A DNA stretch of 64,000 nt from Auanema rhodensis (Eukaryota > Animalia > Nematoda), in assembly GCA_964057225.1 (NCBI GenBank), contig OZ059895.1:9362001-9426000 (forward strand). Direction: 5' to 3'. A program made the translations under genes and the position numbers. The notes under the pieces are model-generated. The model was not told where the DNA came from and searched no databases. It saw only the letters and a list, made by a program, of their open reading frames with translations. The number at the start of each line of letters is the position of its first letter. Position 1 is the first letter of the stretch. This document shows, in pieces, positions 40,762 to 52,100 of this stretch.

Positions 40762-43700
40762 TTAAACACAATAACCGTAGGGTAAAGTACTATAATCTTG
40801 AAGATAACAAAGTTTATCCATTACGACTCTAGTACTTTTTGTCATATCCATTGTGGATATGGCACCGAGTTGCCTCTTTAACAATGTCGTATTGGTTTTT
40901 AAAACCAATTTTTCTCCATCCATAACGAGTCCGCGAACCAGTCGCTCCATACTTTCAAAGTTTACCACTGACGCTGCCGTGTGGTCCAACGTCTGAAAAT
41001 TATAAAATTATTTGAAAAGTCAAAGCTCGTACTTACCACTCCCTTTGCCTTTGTTACATATTTTACATCACCAGCTGCATTTACAAGTTTATAACTATAA
41101 ACTTTTGCCGCTGGTGACACAAACTTGGTCATTGACCAACCATCGGGTATTTCAGAGGTTAGTTTACCTAACCATTCACCCTTCATATCCTCAATTGGAT
41201 CTGGCTCATCTAGGCATCTTTGATAAATTAGAGAATCCGTGTCTAAATAATGTAAGTTTAAATTGAATACAAAGTATAAAATTACCTGTATACACCAAAT
41301 TCTTTCCAATTTTCTCCATTGCCTTATACAATAGTAGCCTTGCATGAGCGGTTGTATAGGCCGCAATAGCTACATTTGTAAAAGGCGGTGGCGCCAAATG
41401 TGAATCCTCTGGTACTGTTGTGCATTATCCACAATTTTGAACCCAGTGAGTTCCCTTGCAGGATCAGTAATGATCCTACCAATTTCTGGGTCCTCAACAC
41501 CAATAATCTTGGTTTGGGCTTTATCAGGTCTTTGACCCATTTTACCCCAGACACTATAAGCAAATTTGTAATGTATTGTTTTTAAAAGTTTACAAACCTA
41601 TTTAGCTGCAGTTTGGCAATGCTACGCATGGCAGCATTCTTTTCAATTTTATTGCTCTCCAGAGCAACACCAGTGTTCTCCTCGTGCTCTTGGAGATATA
41701 TTACCTGTAAAATTCTATTTAATGTGATACTTTTATTAAAACATACCTTTTCTTCCTCTGTCATGTTTGGCTTTGGCCAGCCCGACGCCTCTTGTTTAAT
41801 TTTTATGTACTTTTGTACAAATTCTTTAAACAGGCCGCCTTGTTGCCATTCTTCCCAGTGCCACACCTCATGCACATGAAGCACTTTATAGCCACGTTGT
41901 ATGGCACACTCGAGCTCAACATGTGTCACAGTTAGATGCAGCTTTCTAGCATTTACATCATTTTGGTGGTCACATGCTACATTTTTACTTTTGACTGCAC
42001 AAGTGCGGCAGTTTGTAAAAATTAGTTTACCGCCAATACGTGTACCTAATACAGGGTACAGCAAATTTGTGGGTGCAAGCACGTCACATTTTACTAGCCC
42101 CTTGTATGGGCAACATGTCTCAAAGCTTTTGAAACCCTCAGTAATAACTTTGGGATTACCTACAGGGTAATAGGCATCAAAGGCTGTGACATATGGATAT
42201 AGTGAACAAAAGTCCACATACTCGAGCGAGTATCTATCCGAAGCTTGTGCCAAAAGCTTATATGTCTGGGTGCGGCCACCGGTAAAGGCATCTCTAGGTG
42301 CCAAGCGTGTAACAACATTTGTTTCACGCATAAATTTCGCCATTTCTTCATTGGCCGAAATTTGTGCATTAATTTCGTGCTCCCACACTGTGGTAACACT
42401 AATGCCTTGGCTTTGAATTGCTTCAAGCCTTTTCATGGTTTTATCATAAACCTAAATTTTAAAAATTAAAATGATTAAAAAAGTCACAATTACCTCTTCC
42501 ATTGTTTCACCATTTCTGCCTGGTGCTATAGCGCTCTTGTTGGTGCACTGGGGGCAACCATGGTAAATACAACCATTAATCTACAAAAATTTGCACTTTT
42601 TACATTTATCTCAAATTACTCACCTCATAGCCATGATTGGCAACGGGGTCATAAGCATCGAGTAGATAGCGATGGCCATCTACTCTCACTGCAAATTCAC
42701 CACCATTAAGCTTATGCATTAATGGGCGGCCCAATCCTTGTTCTAGCCATTTTATATACTTTATGGCTATTATACTCTGCTTTTGACCGGCATAATAACC
42801 AGTCTCGGGCAGAATACCCACTTGGTTCTCTTTAATGTGGTTCATTTTCAACTGTAATATAATAGTTTTGAAAATGCTTGTATTTTAAAAAACTTGCCTG
42901 GAATAAAGAGAAACTGGCAAATGTCATACATTGTATGACAGGGTTCCAGCCAGTGGTGGCGGTTGCCAACTTCATGTAAACTTTCATACAGTTGGTTAAA
43001 ATACGGACATCTGTCCTACAATATTCCAAAAGCTCTTCATCAAAATCAAACGCTCTTTGATTACGCTCTTCATACCAAATATCGAATGAAGCTAGGTCTT
43101 CTGCTTTCATTCTAGCAGTACAATAGTACTGTTTTGGTGGTAAAGATGGCAACACTTTGCCATAATTTATTGGGTGATTATAGAGGTAAGGAAACTGTCC
43201 TTTACTCATATCAGGTACACCAAATGCCTTGGGTAACGCTGATAGGGGTAAAGGCACTAATAAATAACTATCTTTAAAATATAAATGATTAAATTTTTGA
43301 CCTCTTAAAGGCTTGACAACCATGCTTATAATCTTGGTCCCATTTAAAATTGGATCAGGATATATTCCACGGTTTATCAGCCTAGACACCAAGAAATGTA
43401 TGTCAAAGCGTGAACCATTATGCGCAATCAAAATTGCATTATCATTCTCAACAGAGTTGAGTAACCAATCAAGGAAACGATCTGTTACAGACCATTCACT
43501 ATCACCTTGTTGGTACCCAAAATGGCCTTCCTTGGTTGTGCATTTTTCGCATGAATTGGCGTCTATACAACTTTCACAAAATTTATTATACACAACCATA
43601 TTGGGCCATTGTTCATCTGCATATTCATGAACATTTGTACCGCTTTTTAACACAACCGTTTCAAAGTCATAGAATATAATCTTAAACAAGTAAGTATTAC

Positions 43701-45970
43701 ACTTGTAAAGATGTTAAATACAGACCTTGTATTTCTCTTGCCTCTTTTTTAACTGATCCTTCTTCTTGTCGTTAGGTGGTACCCAACAACAAGAGTGATC
43801 TTCAGGCTTTGTTTGCCCACACTTTTTGCAAAATTTCTCATTGCAATTGTGCGGTCTATCAGCACGCACCCTGTGATAATGATCACAGTTTTCACATGTC
43901 TGAATTTAGTCATGTTAAATTTTATATATATTTTTTAAATTACCTTAAACATTCGACATGTTTTTCTAATATGCCTGTCAAAGCATTGACGAGTTTTGAA
44001 CAAAACTCTACAACTATCACATCTTATGCTACTCTCAACCACATTTTCCATCGAATTACATTTTAAGGTGTGGCATTTCTTACACTTGGCTTTACATCTA
44101 TGCAACACTGTTTTGTAAGATAATTTACAGTGTTGGCATATAATACCATCAAAAATCTGTGATCTACTACAAGTTGTAATACAGTCATAATGATTATTTC
44201 GGTAGCCTAGTGTTACCACTTTGCTAGCCGTTTCATTAAAGATACGCTGAATAGCGTACATACGCTGTCCAGGTGGCCTAGCGTATACTACAAACTTATA
44301 GTCTGTATTACAACTTGCAATAATATTTAAATGGTTCAAATTATAATTTGGTAAATGTACAGAAATACCACACCTATTCAATAAATTGATATGATGTGGT
44401 TGATTTGGCAACAAGATGTAGTTGCGACGAAGATTTTGAATCCTCCGCTTCTCAACAACATCTTCTGCTGCCTCTTCATCGGCTCTCCACATTCCCACAA
44501 CTGCTGCTCTAGCCAGGCAATGAGTGTCAGTGTTTTCAATTGTGCCAGGTATTTTGAGTTCGGCATCAAAATAGAAACCAACTCTACCTTCACCAGGCAT
44601 CAGGCTTGGCTGCACTGGTCTCTCATCAAACACATACATTTCAATATTCATTGCCTGGCTAATTACAGCCTCTCGCTTTGATTGCTGCACCTTGCTGATG
44701 GCATTCATGATGGCAACGCCATCCAAATGCTCCCTTCTACGGAAATCCATAAATATGGATCCCTTTTCAAAGGATGGGTGCTCTATTGATAGACAAAATA
44801 GCGCTTTTGGTTTATCTGGCACACCACTTTCAGCAAGGCACCGATCAAGAAACTCATTAAATAGCCGCGGCATGACAACATGCATTGGCTCATTAATGGC
44901 TTCCAAATGTGGGAACGTGAGCGATCTAACGACCACGTTGGTGAACCGACCAGTGCGTTTTATGCGTCGGTGTGACCACTATAATACACACTTTTTATAA
45001 TGGTTATACGCTTTTAGTTTAAATATAAATAATTTTTGTTTATAACTTTTAATAAATTTACTTTTCTTTAAATTATTTTTATTAATGTTTAAAAATAAAT
45101 GGCATTTGATTTTTAAATATAAAGTTTTTTTTTTCAACTTTGAAAAAACTTTTATAAACATTTGTTAATGTTAAAAAATAAATGAAAAGGTCAAGATTGT
45201 GTTTTATTATTTTACTAGTTCAAAATGTTTGAAATATTTATAATTTGTAAGAATTCAAAATTGGTTGAAAGAAAGATAGATGAGGAAAGATAGATAGATA
45301 GTGAGATGAAATGTAAAGATTTTAAAATGAATGCTGTTCAAAAGAATGAATATGTAAATTTCAAAATACTTGCAATTTGTTTGATAAAAGATATAGATTG
45401 AGATGAAATGTAAAGATGAGAGAGAGAGAATTTTATGAATGCAATTGAAAAAGAGAAATAAATTTCAAAATGTTTTCAAAATATGCAACTGGAGAAAGAG
45501 AAAATTTCATGTTTCAAAAGATATATTATGAAATGATATGTAAATAAAAGATCGCACCTCTATTTTACAGACATCGTTGAAAGCCGCTCCATATCCGACT
45601 TGCCCTCCACTGGTTGATGGGGTAGCGGGATCCCATTCTCTTAAAAAGAAAAAACTAATTGTTATAATTTTTAATATCGCTTACTCATCACTGTCATCCA
45701 AGGTTATTACTTCAATAACCCTTGATGATGAGGGCCCACTGTTAAAAGTGGGTGATGTGGGCTCACAGAGCTCGATCCCACCAGCCTCGGTAAACTTTAT
45801 ACGTTTACTAAAAAACAAAATATATATAAAGATTCAAAGTATTGTTAAATTACCTGAGCTGATTAATCTCTTCATAATCAAATCCTAGCTCTTCACATAA
45901 ACGTTTATAACTGAAAAAAGAAAAAGTTTACAAACAAATAATCAAAAAGACACAACCTATTAGCAGCCAT
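40762..45970 (-). CDS. Protein-primed family B DNA polymerase, 14 exons, one frameshift near 41420
   Basis: Exons 45970-45957, 45910-45854, 45807-45685, 45639-45558, 44978-43944, 43899-43726, 43680-42898, 42851-42624, 42580-42494, 42451-41747, 41704-41598, 41553-41286, 41242-41037 and 40992-40762 join in frame. Motifs YDFET, AHNGSRFD, YCRTDV, DFCSLYP, KLQLNSVWGK, YTDTDS, KAKG and LPYGY. Confidence 0.92.
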
Positions 45971-46367
45971 TGTACCTTGATATAATGAATATATCAGTCT
46001 ACACATTGCTGTTGGCATTGTAATTTGTTATGTAACATGGATTTGGGTACAGCTGTCAAAACTAGCAGTTGCGATAAACTTTAAAATAAATAAGCTTATT
46101 GAATACATCTGTTTTTATTGTCCCCATCGGATTAATTTTTGTTATTAGTTCTTATTAAATTAACTTTATGCGTTTCATTGAGGTCAGCGCAACTGTTTGT
46201 TAATCTTATTGTATTTACCTTCAATGTGTGCTCTATAGAGTTATTGTATTGTTATATTAGTAAAATAAAGTTTAAAACTAATCTTTTATTATAATTTGAA
46301 ACCTTTACTTGTTAGAATAAATATAATTAATAACATTTTGTAATTTCAAAAATTAATAATTTAATGT

Positions 46368-47136
46368 CGTTCTTATCGAATTAACCTTCGATATGTGTTC
46401 CATTAAATTTTGGTATTTCATATCGTTCTTATCGAATTAACCTTCGATATGTGTTCCATTGAATTTTGTATTTCATATCGTTCTTATCGAATTAACCTTC
46501 GATATGTGTTCCATTGAATTACCCATAACAAGTACGGTGAACAAAACGATATACATGCAAAAATTTTACTGTTCTTTAAAATAAAAACAATACAAACACA
46601 ATACAATAAAAAATAAACAAAATAAGTAAACAAACATTATTAATAAATTTAATAAATAAATAAAATTTAAAAAATAAATTTACATATTTAAATATTTAAA
46701 TATAATTTATATATAAAATTTAAAGTTTAAATAAAATTTATATATATAAAATTTAAATATAATTTAAATATTTAAAGTTTAAATATAATTTATATATATA
46801 TAAAATTTAAATATAATTTAAATATTTAAAATTAAGATTTTTATTTTTACTTAATATATTTAAAAATAATTAAAAATATATACATACATTTGAAAAAGCA
46901 TATTTAAATTTGATTTAAAAAAAAAAATCATGCTTTAAATCATGATTTTTAAATTTAAAAAAGGAGAATCCATGAACCATGATCCCAAAATATGATTTTA
47001 ACAGCTGACGCTCAAAAATATGTTTTTGACAGCTGACGCGCCCCAAAAGTATGTTTTTAGCAGCTGACGCCCCCAAAAGTATGTTTTTAGCAACTGTTTG
47101 GGGGCGTGGTTAGTAAATTTTGCACGGCTCTCTACT
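46368..47136 (-). repeat. Maverick right TIR, type A, with three 55-56 bp inner repeats and outer CAGCTG repeats
   Basis: Ends GCACGGCTCTCTACT at 47136; inner units at 46374, 46430 and 46485. Confidence 0.9.
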
Positions 47137-48566
47137 ATTGGGTTCCGTTTTTGTTTTATCCAGTACAAAATCCAAAATTTTTGTAATATTTGTGTTTGGT
47201 ACGGGCTCATTATTAATCACAAGTTGGTTATTTTTATTTGTACGCACCTCTGGAAATCTTTCCCACAGATCGTTATACTTTCGTGGCAGCTTGTATTCTG
47301 GCAATAATGGTGGATCAGCATTTTCCACTTGTACTGATATAGGCGCATCTATGCTTTCTCTATAGTTTTTGAGACGGGTAATCAAGTCTTCGTATAGTTC
47401 AGCCTTTTTATAACCGGGTATAGATTTATTCTCTCGTAAGAGCTTCAATTCAGCATCAAACTTGTCTATATTCAGCGTTTCATCATCAACAGGTATTAGA
47501 CGATATTTATGATTGAGTTTCATCTTTTAAAACCAAAATAAGCAATTCCACATGAAACTATTGTTTTCAATTGTTTGTGTGAAATCGTTGCCAATAAAGT
47601 TTTAGCCTTTTCGGGTGTGCGTATCAAAGCTATTTGACGTAATAATGAGGATATGGGCAAAAGGGTTTTATATTCCTTGTTAGTTAAGAGAAAATTATTA
47701 TTTTTCACAATATTAAATACAATTTCAACAATAATTTCAATTTGTGAAAAAGAAAATGAGGAAACAGAACAAGGGGTTTTGGCACAAGAAGATAAAAAGT
47801 TCTAATTTGACAAAATACGACCACTCATTGAACATGCACATTAAACACTGAATATATTTCTGGCTACATAAACAATAGGGTGCTCCGCTGTTATATCTGA
47901 TAGTATACGCTGTTTCTCATTTGTTAAAGGATGGTTGTCAATCAGTAAATGACTATAGGGTGTAGACATTGCATCATCATATGCTTCTAGAGCATTTTTA
48001 AAGCGGGGGCCAAATAATTGTTGCAGACAATTACGTATTTGTAATATATCCGAATGACTTTTCATCAGTATTATATATGTACTATTAATTCGACTGGTCC
48101 TGTCTAGCTGAAATGCAGCTTGCACAAGATTAAACACTGCCAAATTCCAGTGATGTGCCCACACTGTAAAAATGTTGTTGAGTAATTCTTTAGCCGCTTT
48201 ATTGGAAGAGAAAAAATTCATCAAATCATCCAGCACTAGTATGGTGTTTACTCCCTTTTGCTCTTTTATTATATCCGGATCAGGTGGTCCTTGAATAACT
48301 ATTAAACGCTCATCATTTAATGGAACACCTGACGATGCTCCACATTGACTGAACCAGAATATTCTATCAATGGGGACGTTGAAAAACTTTTCAGTATTTT
48401 CACATATACGTTTTACAAGGGTAGTTTTACCACATTGCGTTGCCCCTATTACAGTTGTCTGACTGGGTAGTTTGAAGCTGAAAACCATAATCAACCACTC
48501 GTAAATGTACCTATAATGCAAATGATTTCATTTATACTAGTGTGCACGCATCAGGTGGTGGTCTCT
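47137..48566 (-). mobile_element. Internal fragment of a second Maverick copy (ATPase, 102-aa gene with nonsense codon, 5' half of the 238-aa gene)
   Basis: Diverged direct repeat of ~35315-36742, bounded on both sides by Maverick termini. Confidence 0.95.
47841..48488 (-). CDS. Packaging ATPase, second copy, intact ORF
   Basis: Near-identical protein to 36019-36666. Confidence 0.9.
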   Translation of the reverse strand: MVFSFKLPSQTTVIGATQCGKTTLVKRICENTEKFFNVPIDRIFWFSQCGASSGVPLNDERLIVIQGPPDPDIIKEQKGVNTILVLDDLMNFFSSNKAAKELLNNIFTVWAHHWNLAVFNLVQAAFQLDRTSRINSTYIILMKSHSDILQIRNCLQQLFGPRFKNALEAYDDAMSTPYSHLLIDNHPLTNEKQRILSDITAEHPIVYVARNIFSV

Positions 48567-48904
48567 AGTAGAGAGCCATGCCGAATTTACTAACTACGCC
48601 CCCAAACAGTTGCTAAAAACATACTTTTGAGGGCGTCAGCTGCTAAAAACATACTTTTGGGGGCGTCAGCTGTCAAAATCATATTTTCGTCGTCAGCTGT
48701 CAAAAATATACTTTTCCTCCCGAGGCAGGCTCTCGAGCCTGCGCATGGATCAAAATGCATGATTTTTTTTTTTTAAATCATTTTTAAAATTATTTTTTAA
48801 TGTATTATTTTAAATGAACTTTTATTATTTATATATTTGTTAATTGTATTTGTAAATATATTTTAAACTTATTTCTTTTTAAATGTATTTTTAATATTTA
48901 TATA
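48567..48904 (+). repeat. Maverick TIR type B, truncated by a Tc1-like element
   Basis: Near-identical to 31444-~31765 apart from repeat number. Confidence 0.92.
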
Positions 48905-49195
48905 CACTCGTGGCCATAAATTCTCGGCACCCCCCAAAATTTTCAATTTTTCTTATTTTAAAAAAAGTTTTTCTGTTTTTCACAATTATTCGAGTATAAT
49001 CTACTTCATTTAACTGTTTTGAACTTTATTCTCTAACTTCAAAAGGTTTTACCCACGTTTTTAGTCCAAAATTTTTATTAGAATGATTTATGGAGCATGA
49101 ACAGATAACCAAAAAATTTTAAAATTTCAAAAAATCATAAAAAATATTTTCCGAACAAAAATAAAAAAGTTCTCCGTAAAAACAATACTTTAAAC
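48905..49195. mobile_element. One end of a Tc1/mariner-like MITE
   Basis: TA followed by CACTCGTGGCCATAAATTCTCGGCA; matches the reverse complement of ~62986-63276, then breaks into the satellite. Confidence 0.9.
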
Positions 49196-52100
49196 ATTTA
49201 AATTTCAATATTGTGATGCTCAAAAATTGAAACATGAAACTGATTTATATTTTTCCAAGCAATTTCACTCCATCTATTTTATTTAATTCCATATTTTAAA
49301 CAATTTTATATTTCTACCACTATTTCATAATTTCATTTTTAAAATTTTTAATCATTAAAAAACATTTAAATTTCAATATTGTGATGCTCAAAAATTGAAA
49401 CATGGAACTGATTTATATTTTCCAAGCAATTTCACTCCATCTATTTTATTTAATTCCATATTTTAAACAATTTTATATTTCTACCACTATTTCATAATTT
49501 CATTTTTTAAATTTTTAATCATTAAAAAAAACATTCAAATTTCAATATTGTGATGCTTAAAAACTGAAACATGAAACTGATTTATATTTTCCAAGCAATT
49601 TCACTCCATCTATTTTATTTAATTCCATATTTCAAACAATTTTATATTTCTACCACTATTTCATAATTTCATTTTTTAAATTTTTAATCATTGAAAAACA
49701 TTTAAATTTCAATATTGTGATGCTCAAAAATTGAAACATGAAACTGATTTATATTTTCCAAGCAAGTTCACTTCATCTGTTTTATTTAATTCCATATTTC
49801 AAACAATTTTATATTTCTACTATTATTTAATATTTTTATTTATTTAATTTTTAAACATTAAAAAAAAAACATTTAAATTTCAATATTGTGATGCTCAAAA
49901 ATTGAAACATGAAACTGATTTATATTTTCCAAGCAAGTTCACTTCATCTATTTTATTTAATTCCATATTTTAAACAATTTTATATTTCTACCACTATTTC
50001 ATAATTTCATTTTTTAAATTTTTAATCATTAAAAAACATTTAAATTTCAATATTGTGATGCTCAAAAATTGAAACATGAAACTGATTTATATTTTCCAAG
50101 CAATTTCACTCCTTCTATTTTATTTAATTCCATATTTTAAACAATTTTATATTTCTACCACTATTTCATAATTTCATTTTTAAAATTTTTTATCATTAAA
50201 AAACATTTAAATTTCAATATTGTGATGCTCAAAAATTGAAACATGAAACTGATTTATATTTTCCAAGCAATTTCACTCCATCTATTTTATTTAATTCCAT
50301 ATTTTAAACAATTTTATATTTCTACCACTATTTCATAATTTCATTTTTAAAATTTTTAATCATTAAAAAACATTTAAATTTCAATATTGTGATGCTCAAA
50401 AATTGAAACATGAAACTGATTTATATTTTCCAAGCAAGTTCACTTCATCTATTTTATTTAATTCCATATTTTAAACAATTTTATATTTCTACCACTATTT
50501 CATAATTTCATTTTTAAAATTTTTAATCATTAAAAAACATTTAAATTTCAATATTGTGATGCTCAAAAATTGAAACATGAAACTGATTTATATTTTCCAA
50601 GCAAGTTCACTTCATCTATTTTATTTAATTCCATATTTTAAACAATTTTATATTTCTACCACTATTTCATAATTTCATTTTTAAAATTTTTAATCATTAA
50701 AAAACATTTAAATTTCAATATTGTGGTGCTCAAAAATTGAAACATGAAACTGATTTATATTTTCCAAGCAAGTTCACTTCATCTGTTTTATTTAATTCCA
50801 TATTTTAAACAATTTTATATTTCTACTATTATTTAATATTTTTATTTATTTAATTTTTAAACATTAAAAAAAAAACATTTAAATTTCAATATTGTGATGC
50901 TCAAAAATTGAAACATGAAACTGATTTATATTTTCCAAGCAAGTTCACTTCATCTATTTTATTTAATTCCATATTTTAAACAATTTTATATTTCTACCAC
51001 TATTTCATAATTTCATTTTTTAAATTTTTAATCATTAAAAAACATTTAAATTTCAATATTGTGATGCTCAAAAATTGAAACATGAAACTGATTTATATTT
51101 TCCAAGCAATTTCACTCCATCTATTTTATTTAATTCCATATTTTAAACAATTTTATATTTCTACCACTATTTCATAATTTCATTTTTAAAATTTTTAATC
51201 ATTAAAAAACATTTAAATTTCAATATTGTGATGCTCAAAAATTGAAACATGAAACTGATTTATATTTTCCAAGCAATTTCACTCTATCTATTTTATTTAA
51301 TTCCATATTTTAAACAATTTTATATTTCTACCACTATTTCATAATTTCATTTTTAAAATTTTTTATCATTAAAAAAACATTTAAATTTCAATATTGTGAT
51401 GCTCAAAAATTGAAACATGGAACTGATTTATATTTTCCAAGCAATTTCACTCCATCTATTTTATTTAATTCCATATTTTAAACAATTTTATATTTCTACC
51501 ACTATTTCATAATTTCATTTTTTAAATTTTTATTCATTAAAAAAACATTCAAATTTCAATATTGTGATGCTTAAAAACTGAAACATGAAACTGATTTATA
51601 TTTTCCAAGCAAGTTCACTTCATCTATTTTATCTAATTCCATATTTTAAACAATTTTATATTTCTACCACTATTTCATAATTTCATTTTTTAAATTTTTA
51701 ATCATTAAAAAACATTCAAATTTCAATATTGTGATGCTCAAAAACTGAAACATGAAACTGATTTATATTTTCCAAGCAATTTCACTCCATTTATTTTATT
51801 TAATTCCATATTTTAAACAGTTTTATATTTCTACCATTATTTCATAATTTCATTTTTTAAATTTTAATCATTAAAAAACATTCAAATTTCAATATTGTGA
51901 TGCTTAAAAACTGAAACATGAAACTGATTTATATTTTCCAAGCAAGTTCACTTCATCTGTTTTATTTAATTCCATATTTTAAACAATTTTATATTTCTAC
52001 CATTATTTCATAATTTCATTTTTTAAATTTTAATCATTAAAAAACATTCAAATTTCAATATTGTGATGCTCAAAAACTGAAACATGAAACTGATTTATAT

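Larger units (their letters stand above)
31037..47136. mobile_element. Maverick/Polinton (endogenous polintovirus), near complete, ~16 kb, composite left end
   Basis: 5'-AGTAGAGAGCC...GGCTCTCTACT-3' termini, long imperfect TIRs and the full core gene set (INT, ATPase, mCP, PRO, MCP, pPolB). No matching 6-bp TSD. Confidence 0.97.

Noticed and set aside
41012-45888. Plus-strand ORFs overlapping pPolB and other antisense ORFs in the Maverick
   Set aside because: Antisense shadows of well-supported coding exons.
31037-47136. A single clean insertion with TSD
   Set aside because: Flanks CTGACT and ATTGGG do not match, nor do the flanks of the inner termini.
46998-47210. ORFs reading through the right TIR (and 30890-31075 at the left)
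   Set aside because: Chance frames across junctions and iterated TIR motifs.
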